Source: an uncultured Actinomycetes bacterium (GTDB taxonomy: Bacteria > Actinomycetota > UBA4738 > HRBIN12). From it: DNA of 64,000 bases. Below are positions 40,640 to 51,963 of this stretch, piece by piece. A program made the position numbers and the translations under genes. Below the pieces are notes generated by a model, which searched no databases, was not told the DNA's origin, and was given only the letters and a program-made list of their open reading frames with translations. The DNA is taken from assembly GCA_963765865.1 (NCBI GenBank), contig CAVXYE010000018.1, forward strand, positions 166,184 through 230,183, read 5' to 3'. How positions within the stretch are numbered: the stretch's first letter is position 1; each line of letters begins with the position of its first letter.

Positions 40640-42254
40640 ATGAAGGGATCCCGTCTGTTGGTCGCGGCGGTATCGGTCGCGGCCGCGGTAGGAGTGGCGG
40701 CCCCGCCCACAACCGGGGTCGCGGCCACCTCCGCGCCCCTGTGGGTCAAGCACGTCCAGAACTTCTCGGGCGGCATCTCCAACGGCGTCCGGTTCAGTCT
40801 GGACCCGACCGTGATGCAGGCCCAGGCGAGGTACGCGAGTTCCGTCGCCCTTGCGACGACGACCGCGACATCGCTGAACAACGTCCAGATGAACGACGAC
40901 AGCTATCCGCCGCTGCCGCAGAACGAGGAGTCCGTCGCGTACAGCACCGACAACCCCATGGTCGCCGTTGCCGGCGCGAACGATTACGTGAGCGGCGGGA
41001 CGGTCGTCATGCGGACGTCCGACGGTGGACGGACGTGGGCAAGCACGCGGGTCGTTCCGGTCTTCCGCCCGACCAGCGACATCTGCAACGGTGGAGACCC
41101 GGCCATCGCGTACAGCGCTCGCGACCACGCGTTCTACCTGTCGCAGCTCTGCTTCTTCCGGCAACTGCCGCAGTCCGAGGTCCAGATCTACAAGTCGCTC
41201 GACAACGGCGCGACGTGGACCCCCGGTCGTCGGGCGGCCATCGCCGCGACGAACTTCGACGCGACGACGGGAACGGTCGACACGCACTCGTTCAACGACA
41301 AGCCCTACATGACGATCGACAACAACCCGAGCAGCCCCTGGTACGGACGGCTGTACGTGACGTGGACCCGGTTCCACATCCTGGACGACGGCTCCAGCGA
41401 CACGTGCCCGATCAAGCTCGCGTACACGGACTCGGTCCCCTCGCAGGACCCCTCCCTGACGGTCTGGACCCAGAAGAACGTCGTGGCCGACGCTCCGGGC
41501 GCGGGCGGCCTGGGATTCTCGGCCAACCAGTTCTCGGTCCCGGTCGTCGAGAAGAACGGGAAGCTGGACGTCGCGTACATCCTCGAGGAGTGCAACACGT
41601 CGCTCGACCACGGCCTGCGGTTCAAGACGCTCGACGAACGGCGGCTCGAGCTTCTCGTCCAGCGTCAACGTGAACAAGCCCGGGCAATGGGCCGACAACC
41701 CGGACGCGTCGGACCTGATCCCGAACACGGCGTTCCGCACGCCGAACACCGTCGGATTGGCGTACAGCGCGGCGACCGGGACGCTGGCGTTCGTGTACAC
41801 GAACTACATCCGCGGTCAGGGGAACGGGGATATCGATGTGAGCCTGTCGCACGACGGCGGGGCGACCTGGTCGGACGCGATCCCGATCAGCCTGAGCAAC
41901 GGCAACCCGGCGAGGAACAACCAGTTCTTCCCGTGGATCGCAGCCGATCAGAACGGTCGATTCGTGGCGATGTGGCTCGACCGACGACAGGATCCGAACA
42001 ACCACGACATCGGAACCTTCGAGGCGGTGTCCAGGAACGACGGCGCCACGTGGCCGAACCGACGCATCAGCACCGCGACGTGGAACCCGGACAACGGATT
42101 CTTCGCATCCGGCGCGTTCATCGGCGACTACAGCGGGATCGCGGCGAACAACCGGGTCGTCTACCCCGCGTGGACGGACGGCCGTAACAGCGCGATCGCG
42201 GTCACCGGCATCGGAGAGACCGACGTCTTCACCGACGTCGAGATCCGTTCCTAG
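40640..42254 (+). CDS. Secreted BNR/Asp-box beta-propeller (sialidase-like) protein; frameshift near 41628
   Basis: Signal peptide; Asp-boxes TSDGGRTW, SLDNGATW, STNGGSSF, SHDGGATW, SRNDGATW; FIGDY near the end. Confidence 0.8.
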
Positions 42255-42284
42255 CTCCGCTAGGCGCTAGCGCGCCGAAGGTGC

Positions 42285-42320
42285 TGGATGGGGCGGTCCC
42301 GAAAGGGGCCGCCCCATCCA
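42285..42320 (+). terminator. GC-rich hairpin, probable intrinsic terminator
   Basis: TGGATGGGGCGGTCCC-GAAA-GGGGCCGCCCCATCCA. Confidence 0.75.
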
Positions 42321-42443
42321 TCTCCGCCCACCGAACCTTCACGATCGCGAGTGCTTGCTTGCCTCCGAACGACTGATACCGTCGCTTTTGGGGTATACGG
42401 TCAAAGGGACCTACAGACGGAGCGTCATGGAGGGGGATGGGTC

Positions 42444-43081
42444 TTGAAACGGCTATTGCTGCTGAGCATGGGTGTTCTTATCGTTTTCGCAGTCGCCGGC
42501 GAAGGCTGATCCGGGACCGTCGGACGAGGTCGTGGTGATCGCCGGGAACTGCGATGACGGAACGACGATCGTCAGCGCCCACAACACCCAGGACAAGTCG
42601 CTGGGGTACCTGATCAGGATCGACGGACGGCTCGTCGAGCAGGGACGGCTCGAACCCGGTGAGCGGGTCCAGCGGACGTACGAGGTGCCGCTCGGAGAGT
42701 CCCACTTCTACCGGATCAGGCTCGGCCTCCCGGTCGACCACGTCTACTTCTCGGACGAGGCGGCCACCGACCGGACCAACTGCCCGAGTCCGACCTCGTC
42801 ATCGACGACACCACCGCCCACGTCGACGACACCACCGCCCACGTCATCGTCGAGCTCCAGCGGAAGCTCCTCGACGGTGTCGCCGACATCCGGAAGCTCC
42901 ACGCCGAGTTCGAAGCGTCCTCGGTGAGTCGGGTTCGAGATCGCGACACGGGACGGCGTTCACCGGTTCGGAGGACATCCCGTGGCTCGCCGCCGTGATG
43001 CTCGTGCTTCTGGTGGCGGGCTCGCTCGCACTGCGGATCGGCTCCAAGCAGACGGACACCGAGGATCCGGACGTCGGCTAG
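42444..43081 (+). CDS. Surface protein with Ser/Thr/Pro linker and LAXTG-like (TAFTG) sorting signal; two frameshifts
   Basis: Signal MKRLLLLSMG, TTPPPTS repeats, TAFTG plus TM helix plus RIGSK tail, pieced from three frames. Confidence 0.55.
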
Positions 43082-43090
43082 GGTCGAGGC

Positions 43091-44027
43091 TCAGCAGCCG
43101 CCGCTCGCCTGATCGACGACGTCTCCGTTCGGGCGAACGAACCGCTCGAACCAGCCGTCCGACCACACGTCGAGCTCGGCCACCCCGATACCGTTGAGCC
43201 GAACCATCGAGTTCGGGATGGGGTCGCCGAAGGGGTACGAGGCCTCGCTGGCTCCGCCGGTTCCGGCCACGATCTCGACGATGCCTGACGAGGAAGGCTG
43301 TGCGTCCGCATCCTGCGGGGCGAACCGTTCGTAGTTGTGTTCGTGCCCGTTCAAGACGAGGTCGGTGCCCGCGGCCGCGAGCAACCTCCAGAACGGATCG
43401 ACCGCTGAGTTGGAGCCATGCACCGTTCCCGACGAGAAGCGCGGCTGATGCCAGTACGCGAGGATGCATCGTTCCGCGTGCTTCGGGAGCTCCGACCGAA
43501 GCCACTCGTATTGGGCGGAGCCGGGACCGCAACCGCCGTTGTCCCCGCAGGATCCGTCCAAGGCATAGAGCCTCCAGGTTCCGAGCGTGAACGTGTACCA
43601 GGTGGGATCGAGACCGAAGTAGTCGCGGAAGCCTTGAGCGTCGGGCAGGTGCCACTCATGGTTGCCGGCCACCGGGAACGTGATGTCCCGGAATCGCCCC
43701 CACGCGGGGTCGTAGCTCTGCTGATAGTCGCTCAGCGCACCGTCCGGATACTGGTTGTCCCCGAGGGTCAGGACGGCGTCGGGCTCGAGCGACATGAGCA
43801 AGATCCGCGGTGGCCATGCACGACTCGGGTCCCGAACCACAGATGTCTCCAGCCGCCACGACGGACGTTGCTCCGGGAGGCGGCGGAGAGACGGACGGGA
43901 GCGGCGTGGCGACGCCGGGCTCGAGCGGTTGTCGACCTCCGGCGGCGATCGCAGCGAAAAGCAGGACCGCGCCCAGGCCAGCAACCACAGAGAGGGCGAC
44001 GATCCCCGTCCGACGGCCTTCCTGCAC
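43091..44027 (-). CDS. Secreted calcineurin-like metallophosphoesterase; frameshift near 43800
   Basis: AAGDI, LGDNQY, GNHE, YWHQP, NGHEHNYER, GTGG. Confidence 0.85.
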
Positions 44028-44163
44028 ACAACGATGATGGTCGATGTCGGTATCTCGACACAAGCGGAGCGCGACGATGAGGCGCGGGCGGGCGTCGGGA
44101 TGGGTTCCGAGGGACGCACTCCACAGACGAAAGAACGGTCAGAGACGTTGCTTCGTCGGCCCG

Positions 44164-44298
44164 TCAGGGGTCTTCGGCAGTGGCGCGTCTGGGAGCACGG
44201 AGCACCAGACTCACTGCTGACGCCACGAAGACTCCCAGTGCCGCCCCGCCGATCAGGTCAAGCGGCAAGTGGGCCGCCACGTACATCCGGACGACCGG
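44164..44298 (-). pseudogene. C-terminal remnant of a PAP2 phosphatase
   Basis: PVVRMYVAAHLPLDLIGGAALGVFVASAVSLVL... (C3 motif RxxxxxHxxxD) directly after an in-frame TAG. Confidence 0.6.
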
Positions 44299-44399
44299 CT
44301 AGGTACGCGTCTCCCATGGGCAACCCCAACCGCCTGCTCACGCGGCGGAGCAAGGCGGCTGGTCGGATATGGGTCGGATAGCGGTTCGACGAGAGCGGG

Positions 44400-44430
44400 G
44401 AGGGCGGCCCCGCTCCGCGGGGCCGCCCTC
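44400..44430 (-). terminator. Perfect 14-bp hairpin after the 44446 gene
   Basis: GAGGGCGGCCCCGC-TCC-GCGGGGCCGCCCTC. Confidence 0.75.
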
Positions 44431-44445
44431 CACAGATCCTCGGTT

Positions 44446-46128
44446 CTAGCTCACGCGACAGGGGTTCGCGATGTCGCCGCTGTTGAAGTTGTTGTAGCGG
44501 CTGACGGTCGTGAAGCCCACCGTCGGATAGACCGTGAGCAGCAGTGACCCATACTCCGTGGTCGAGCTGCCTCCGAAGTCATTGATGGTTCCGGGGATGA
44601 AATCACCGCCTTCCTGCCAGGTGCAGGTGCCCGCGTGCATCCTGGTGGAGTAGAAGGGATAGAAGGCGGCGCCGTTCGGCGGGTTGACGCAATCCGCCCC
44701 CGTCGATCGGTCACAGAACGGTGGGTTGTCCTGTGCGCCCGCCACCTCGATCCTGGGCAGGTCGGTCTCGAACGCGATCCTGGAGTAGTTCGTATCGCCG
44801 TTCGCGAGCGGACTGGTGAACAGGACCGGCTGAGGATGCAGCCTCCGATCTCGACTCACGTTCGGGTCGGTCCCCGGCCAGTCCAGCCGATAGGACTGGC
44901 CGTCCCAGTCGCCGTCACCGCTGAAACATCCATTGATATGGACCAGGCTCGAGTCCGACCCCGGGACGCAGAAGTTGTTGTCGTCATCGGGATCCAAACC
45001 GCCTGGATCCTGGAAGCCTGCCTTCGCGCAGTTGAACGCGGCGTCCACCACGAGGCAGTTCTCGAAGTGTCCGATCTCGTCCGAGAAAGCGACGTTGTAC
45101 GTGTGCGCGGACCACGTGTTGCCCCGCGGGTTGGCGGTGCTGTACTCGGGGTGGAACGCGTACGGCGCCGCTTGGCATGTCTCGGAGTTCGGCGTGTACA
45201 GGACGTGGCCGAACCCGTTGGCGATCGAGGCGGTCATGGAGCCCCGCCGACCCGTCGTGCGATCGACCATGTCCACCCGGAACCCGGCGGCCGTGTCGTG
45301 CATGTGGATCTTGATGCGGTCGCCCGGGCTCATGAAGAGGTCCTTGGTGGGGTCTGGCGTGACCGCCGAGAGGTTCGGGGCCGAGAAGGTCCCCGTGAAC
45401 AGCGGGTTCGCCGGCGCCTGGGACACGCCGCTCTTCGTGATGTACGCCCAGTTGATGGGTTCAACCCCACCCAGGATGTAGTTGTCGCACGCGGCGGTGT
45501 TGTTCACGCCGGTGTTCTGGTCCTGGTTGAAACTGTCGATCGTCATGGCCGCGCAGTACTGGTGCGCCGTGCACCCGAAGCCCTCGAACTGGGGAACGTA
45601 TCCCGGGCCATAGAACTGCAGCTCCATGAACGCGTTCCCGGGGTGCTTGCCGATGTAGTCGGGAGCGGTTGGGTTCGGGTTGACGAGGTTGTTCGCGTCT
45701 GAATCCGGTGTGCAGGTCTTCGTGTACTCGGGCGCGGACTCCGTGTCGCACAGCGTGAGCCCGAACCAGAAGGTCGGACGGAGCTGGAAGTTCCAGGTGG
45801 CGCCCTTCCCGCTCTGACGGGGACGGGTCGGCGGCTCCTTCGGGAGGGTCAGCCGGTAGGTGATGTCGTTCCCCGATCCGGCCACACCCGACTTGAACTC
45901 GAGCGACGGCTCGTCGTGCCCGACGTAGTCGCCGGCCGGATCGTCGTACGCATCGATGCAGAGCGAGGTCCGGCTCTGGCACAACGGTTCGTTGTACCCC
46001 TCATCGTTGCTCGCCTTGTTCCTGAGGATCCGGCTCCTGAGTGACGTGCTCGACGCTCCCGCCGGAGCGGCGGATACCGCGAGGACGAGCACGCTCGCCA
46101 AGAGCATCACGAACTTCGTTGGTCGCAT
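44446..46128 (-). CDS. Large secreted Cys-rich hypothetical protein
   Basis: Sec signal ending AGA; GHDEPS, FWFG, DEIGHFE; long ORF with coding-like codon use. Confidence 0.8.
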   Translation of the reverse strand: MRPTKFVMLLASVLVLAVSAAPAGASSTSLRSRILRNKASNDEGYNEPLCQSRTSLCIDAYDDPAGDYVGHDEPSLEFKSGVAGSGNDITYRLTLPKEPPTRPRQSGKGATWNFQLRPTFWFGLTLCDTESAPEYTKTCTPDSDANNLVNPNPTAPDYIGKHPGNAFMELQFYGPGYVPQFEGFGCTAHQYCAAMTIDSFNQDQNTGVNNTAACDNYILGGVEPINWAYITKSGVSQAPANPLFTGTFSAPNLSAVTPDPTKDLFMSPGDRIKIHMHDTAAGFRVDMVDRTTGRRGSMTASIANGFGHVLYTPNSETCQAAPYAFHPEYSTANPRGNTWSAHTYNVAFSDEIGHFENCLVVDAAFNCAKAGFQDPGGLDPDDDNNFCVPGSDSSLVHINGCFSGDGDWDGQSYRLDWPGTDPNVSRDRRLHPQPVLFTSPLANGDTNYSRIAFETDLPRIEVAGAQDNPPFCDRSTGADCVNPPNGAAFYPFYSTRMHAGTCTWQEGGDFIPGTINDFGGSSTTEYGSLLLTVYPTVGFTTVSRYNNFNSGDIANPCRVS

Positions 46129-46310
46129 GGACATCCGTCCTTTCACCGTGGGTCCTTGCCGATGCCGGGGGCTTCGGCGACCTCCTCCCGCATCCCCCCT
46201 TCCCGAGGTCGGCCGAAGGCATGAAGATCTGCGACAACCCGCCCATGCTATGCCTGAACCGCGAAACAGGTTCGGGCGGAAGAGAGCGTCGCGAGCGGCA
46301 TAGTGGACGC

Positions 46311-47220
46311 GTGGATCTCGCTGGTGCTGAAGACTGGATCCGCGCGTACGTCGAGCCGGTCGGCCCGATCGGAGCGGAGCACGAGCGGCCTTGGGCGACC
46401 GTGCTTCGCGTGCCGATCGCCGGGGGCGTCGCGTGGTTCAAGGCATGCGGGCCGGTGCAGGGATTCGAGCCGCGGCTCACGGCTCAGCTCTTCGCGCGCT
46501 ATCCCGACCTCGTCGCCGAGGTGCTCGCCCACGACGAGGAGCGCGCGTGGCTTCTCCTCGCCGACGCAGGCACGCCGATCGGGGCGTTCGGCAACCCGCC
46601 GGAGACGTGGCTCGCCGTGCTTACCGCGCTACGCCGAGCTCCAGCGCGGGGAGGCGGCGCACGTGGACCATCATCTCGCGCACGGTGTTCCGGACCTGCG
46701 CGTCGCGACGCTGCCGTCGCGCTTCGACGACCTCCTGCAGCGCGAGCTCCCGCTCGAGCGCGAGGAGGTCGATCGGCTGCGCGCGTTCGCGCCTCGCTTC
46801 GCGGACCTCTGCAACGAGCTCGACGCGCGGGATGTCCCGGAGACGGTTCAGCACGACGACCTGCACATGGCGAACGTCTACGCGAAGGGCGCCCAGCTTC
46901 GCGTGCTCGACTGGGGCGATTCGTCGATCTCGCACCCGTTCGCGTCGCTCGTCGTCACGTTCCGGTTCCTCGAGGAGGTCACCGAGCTTCAGCCGGATGA
47001 CCCATGGTTCGCTCGGCTGCGCGACGCCTATCTGGAACCGTGGGGGCGCGGGCTCGAGGACGTGTTCGCGCTCGCGATGCGCGTCGGCATCTTCGCGCAC
47101 GCGATCGCGTGGCTGCGGCAGCGCGACCACCTCGCGCCGAAGGACCGGGCCGAGTTCGACTCGGTGTTCCCGATCGTTCTGCGACGGGCTATCGCTCAGA
47201 CGACATCGCCACCGCGCTGA
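46311..47220 (+). CDS. Aminoglycoside phosphotransferase/choline kinase-like protein; frameshift near 46620
   Basis: WFKA, WLLLADAG, then in a shifted frame HDDLHMANV and LDWGD. Confidence 0.82.
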
Positions 47221-47230
47221 GGCGAAGGCA

Positions 47231-47259
47231 GGGGCCGGGTCCCGATGGGACCCGGCCCC
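47231..47259. terminator. Perfect 13-bp hairpin between convergent genes
   Basis: GGGGCCGGGTCCC-GAT-GGGACCCGGCCCC. Confidence 0.78.
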
Positions 47260-47281
47260 CGACGTGCGGACGGTGCTTGCC

Positions 47282-49124
47282 TTATGCGCCGGGCGTGGTT
47301 GGCCAGATGAAGGTGCTCCAGTTCGCGAAGAACGTCCGCGAGTCGTCGCTGATCATCTGGGTCGCCGAGTAGATCCGCCCGTCGGACCCGGCCACGGAGG
47401 CGCTGTAGTCACCCCAGCGGCACGTGGTCCCCGGTCCGATGAAGGCCTCGTAGCAGGTGAACCCGTCCTCCGGACGGAACCCCTGCCGGACGATCTCCAC
47501 CGGACCGTTCGTTCCCGCAGCATCGATGGCGATCTGGGCGGCGGATGGGTAGTCGTTCGGCCCCATCAACGTCATCGCGATGACGCCCTGCCCGTCGCCG
47601 TTCACGCCCACCGAGGGGAACGACAGGAAGGCGTTGCCGACCGCGACGTATCCCTCGGTGTGGATGCTCGCGGCGACGGTGCCGTTGTCCAGGACCGACG
47701 GGTCGACGACGAAGTACTCGATGCCGTCCCGCGGCCCCGGGTCCACCGCCGTGTTGATCCCGCTCCACAGGAGCCCGTCCGCGAACACGACCTGGTTCAT
47801 CCGGCTGTCGTTGGCGTTGATATCCGGGAGCGGTTCTCCGACCAACGTCCCGAGCGGACGGGGCCCGTCCTTCTGGAGCTGGGCCACGGGGGTGACGTAC
47901 GGGTCGACCGTGAGATCGATGTTGCTGAGCTTGAGGTTCGGCTCGTCGGTCCCCAGGCTCCTCGTGTGGATCAGCGCCCACGTCGTGACCTGGTCGAAGG
48001 GACCGGGTGCGATGGCGCATGCCTGGCTGGCCAGGCAGTCGAACCCGGACATGAAGTACTCGGTCCCGTTCTTGCTCGTGTCATAGACGCCATCCGGTGA
48101 CGCCGCGGGCTGCACGCTCCCGGTGGTCCGGTCACCGATCGCGTGCGTTATCCCCGACAGGTGCACGACGCGACCGAGATGGCCGTTCTCGAGACGCTGC
48201 TTGCTCATCGCATAGATCTGCGGTCCGTTGAAATTGCCGCCGAACGGAGCGAGGTCGTACTCGGCCGTGCTGACGTAGAACCCGTACTTGTCGGCGCCGA
48301 TCAGCGGCTGGTCACCGAAGCACGGGCAATTCGGGTGCGACCGGTCCGTCGCGTTGATCCGGTAGATGAAGTAGCTGCCGAGCGCCTCGCTGGAGGTGCT
48401 GACCGCGATGTAGACGAAGGCCGGCGCCTTGAGCGCACCGGTGACGGGGTCCTGGGTGATGACCAGGACCGTGTGGAACCAACGCTGCGTGTCCGGATCG
48501 AAGTAGCACTTGGGGTCGGAGATGAACGGTCCGAAGGTCCCCGGTGGTTCGATCGATCGTCGGCGGCAGGCCGTAGAACTCCGAGATCGTGATGGGGTTC
48601 GTGAACTGCTCGCCGGCCGCATCGTAGAAGACGAGCGCGTCGTTCACGGACTCAACGACCTCGGGACCGAACGAAGGGTCGTTCGGACTCACGTTGCCGA
48701 CGCACAGGCCCTGGTCCGGCGGCTCCAAGCTGAACTGGTTCCCTCCGCCTGCAAGGCGCTGATCCGCGTGCGTGAGTCCTTCCCAGCCGAGCTGGTTCTG
48801 GTTGACCACGGCTGCCGTGTTCCCTGGGGCGGGGGCGCCGGCCCCATGGGGAACGGCCGAGCCCTCCCGTTCGAAGTCGATCCACGGCCCGGCTTCACTC
48901 TCGAGGTTGCTGGAGAGCCCCCCTCCGGCCGCGGCTTGCGTCGCGAGCTGCCGCACGTTGGCGGTGCCCACCCGTTGGAGCCGGGGCTGGGACATCTTGG
49001 GTTGAGCGACGCGACCGGCGGACAGATGCGCCGACGCGACGAGCGGCGGGAGCGGCATCAAGACCAAGGCCGCCCCCACGGCTACGGCGATCAGATGAGC
49101 TGACTTGGAACGGATCCGCGCCAC
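47282..49124 (-). CDS. Large secreted hypothetical protein; frameshift near 48545
   Basis: AAGGAG SD, signal peptide, EPPDQGLCVG, SDPKCYFD, GDQPLIG, RWGDYS. Confidence 0.75.
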
Positions 49125-49377
49125 GGATGTGACTCCTTCCTGGAGATGAGTTCGGACGAAGTGCTGAGGCGCTTGGCGCGAGGGCGAAGAGGCTCCGCGA
49201 TAGGCATCCCCTCTCTCGGGGGCCGCGCTCGGCCCCCGCCAAAATGGTCCACCCTCGAACGTAGGACGCGCTCCGCGGTCGGGTCATCACGCACCCGCCG
49301 TATCTCAGGGGCTATGAGAGGTCACATGAGCCCTAAGGCGTGTGGTGGGGGCGGCCCGGCTCAGCCTGCCCGATCCC

Positions 49378-51528
49378 TCACGAGCACGGCGCGCCGGCGC
49401 CGCAGAGAACCAAGTCTTCCTCCTGATCCACGAAGGTGACGAGCTGCGATCGAGGGACGTATGACAACCCGCCTCCGGGATCGAAGGACGGGACCGGTCC
49501 GACGCCGGCCGGAAGCGAGCTTCGGTAGGTGACACACGCGCCTGGGACATCGATCGTCTGGATCTTCGGGTCACCACTCGTTGCGGGGCAGGTCGGCGTC
49601 AAGGTCACGTCGACAACCGGGCTCGCGCCGCCCGAGCCCAGCTGCAATTGGACGCCCGTGCCGCTTCCCCCTCCTCCGCTCATGACCAACAACTCGAACG
49701 TCGCTCTGCCGCGCACGATCGTGGCCCCCGTAAGGCTCCATCCCAAAGGAAGCGACTGGATACACGGCAGCTGCTCGGCAGTGGGTACGGCCTGCGCCAT
49801 CACGATCATGGTCCGATTCGCGTCGCAGGAAGGTGTCGATACATCGCCTCGGCTCGGGAAGAACAGCGAGAGGCTGAAGGCGCCGGCGGCGAACACCACG
49901 AGCAACGTGAGGAGGATCAGCCCGATCCGCCTGAAGCTCCAGCGTTGGATCGTGACGGGACGACGCTCCGGGACGAGCGACCGGAACTGTTCGAGCAGGT
50001 CACGTCCATCGCGCTTCATGAAGTTCCGGAGTTGCGTTGGGCTGGCAACGCCACGTGTCGCCGCGAATGCTTCAGACAGCTCTTCGGGGCTGAAATACGC
50101 GAGAGCCTTTTCGTACACGGTCTGCGCATCCGAGCGGAGCGCGAGCACCAGCATCATGTTCCCGAGGTCTACGGCTTGCCGCCACGGTGACGGCCGGACC
50201 TGCACGAAGAAGACATCGATCAACCGGAGGTGACCATCTTGCACCATCAGGTTGGCCGGTTTGATATCGCGATGTGCCAAGCCCACGTCCCACATCCGCC
50301 GGATCATCGCGAGCCCCTCGTCGATGACCTGCTCGTCGATGTCGGCGTCACCGATCTCTTCTGCTCCTTCGAAGAACTCCATCGCGATGAGGTATTCGCT
50401 TTCCGGAGTGATCTCCACGATGCCGAGCGGCGCCGGTGTCGGGAACCCGTACTCTCCCAAGAGCCGCAGCGTGTAGTCCTCGTACTCGACGAATCGGCGG
50501 ACCGTCTTGAAGGGCGTCTCGTCCTCGAGCCGCCCGTAGAGCATCACCCGGCCGAACTTGTACCAGCGGTCGGCACGCACGTGGTTCTTCGCGTAGAGCT
50601 TCGCGAACACCGACCGCTCGACCCCATGCTCATCGGAAACCCGGAGCTTCAGCGGTGTCGACCCACCGGAACCTTCGAGCCCGACGAGCTTCATCTCGAG
50701 GATCGTGAACCCGAGCTGCTCCTGCATGGCCTGCTTGATCGCCTCGCCACGCCTGCCGCTGACATCGAGATGCGCCGACTTCCCACGATGCCCGTACACC
50801 ACCGGGAAGATGTCGCTCGGGGTGAACGCACGGAAGAGTGTGACCGGGATCGCAACGCCGAGGATGACGGCGAATACCAGATCCGTGGGGTGATTGGTGC
50901 CGAGATAGATCCGATCGAGCGACACCCCGGCGAGGAAGGCGACGATCGCGAGCTTCGCGTACCACCGCGAGCGGCCAGGAACCACGAGCATATAGGTGAA
51001 ACCCATCAACACGGCGGCGAGCGCCGCGACCGGCTGCGAGGGGGACGAGAACCCCTCCCACTGGCCGATCGCAGTGACGCTGTAGGGACGTGGGCGAGCG
51101 GCCGTGATGTACAGGCCCGGGAGGACGATCTCGAGCACGGCGAGGCTCACGAGGAAGACCACCAGATGCCTCCATCGACGGAAGGCGACGGTGAGCGCGA
51201 CCGCGAGGAGTCCCAAGATCGCGAGCCCCCACTTCGATCCGACCGAGTTGAGCGTGTTGGTCAGCGAGTTCAGCCACGGGGTCCGCGCCGAGGTGACGAA
51301 CCGGATGATCGGCGCGTCGAAATGATCGAGCGGCCCGGTCGTGACGTGGAGCCAGACGACGCCCGAGACCACGATGACGAGAACGGCCGCGAGCCAGAGC
51401 ATGCCCGTCATACCGATCTTCTTGGGCAGCGGTGGCGGCGCGCCCGTCGGCCGGCGCTGGCGACGGTGCACCTCCGGCACGACGACGACGCGGTCCGCGG
51501 GCCCTGCTGCCCTTGGCGGTCTGTTCAT
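49378..51528 (-). CDS. Membrane protein: degenerate PAP2-like TM domain + RIO/Kdo-like kinase + TM + C-terminal domain
   Basis: RPRP, SPSQP, DRIYLGTNHPTD; kinase FAKLY, HRDIKPANLMV, LIDV. Confidence 0.8.
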   Translation of the reverse strand: MNRPPRAAGPADRVVVVPEVHRRQRRPTGAPPPLPKKIGMTGMLWLAAVLVIVVSGVVWLHVTTGPLDHFDAPIIRFVTSARTPWLNSLTNTLNSVGSKWGLAILGLLAVALTVAFRRWRHLVVFLVSLAVLEIVLPGLYITAARPRPYSVTAIGQWEGFSSPSQPVAALAAVLMGFTYMLVVPGRSRWYAKLAIVAFLAGVSLDRIYLGTNHPTDLVFAVILGVAIPVTLFRAFTPSDIFPVVYGHRGKSAHLDVSGRRGEAIKQAMQEQLGFTILEMKLVGLEGSGGSTPLKLRVSDEHGVERSVFAKLYAKNHVRADRWYKFGRVMLYGRLEDETPFKTVRRFVEYEDYTLRLLGEYGFPTPAPLGIVEITPESEYLIAMEFFEGAEEIGDADIDEQVIDEGLAMIRRMWDVGLAHRDIKPANLMVQDGHLRLIDVFFVQVRPSPWRQAVDLGNMMLVLALRSDAQTVYEKALAYFSPEELSEAFAATRGVASPTQLRNFMKRDGRDLLEQFRSLVPERRPVTIQRWSFRRIGLILLTLLVVFAAGAFSLSLFFPSRGDVSTPSCDANRTMIVMAQAVPTAEQLPCIQSLPLGWSLTGATIVRGRATFELLVMSGGGGSGTGVQLQLGSGGASPVVDVTLTPTCPATSGDPKIQTIDVPGACVTYRSSLPAGVGPVPSFDPGGGLSYVPRSQLVTFVDQEEDLVLCGAGAPCS

Positions 51529-51963
51529 GGAAGGACCACCCATGAGACGGTCGGATGCTCATCAATCCTTGCACGTTCGTCTGATCCCGTCTGACGGTCG
51601 GATGACTCAGCGTTGCGCAGGAACTCCTACGTCACTCGCAGCCGTGGTCCGCTCCAAGAGGAGGTCCAAGTGGCTTCCTGAGTCTGCTTTTCGCGCAAAC
51701 GCAGGAGTCGGGGCACCCCAGAAGGCCCAAGCGAAAGGCTCCCGAACCGAACCCCTGATCGAGAGCCTTCACGCTTGGACGGGGATTCCGTACCCGTCCG
51801 GGCAGCATGTCTAGGTTTGCCCCGAAGAGGAACCAGAGTCAAACCGACGCTGTGACCGTCGGCCATGAAACGAGGACGACGGGCAGGTGCTCTATGAACC
51901 TGCATCCGAGAGGGCGGCTAGCGCCCGATGCGTCGGCCGTATCTCGACCTTTGGCGGATCGGA

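Noticed and set aside
46311-47220. Antibiotic resistance call for the APH-like gene
   Set aside because: Only generic APH/choline-kinase motifs; substrate cannot be inferred
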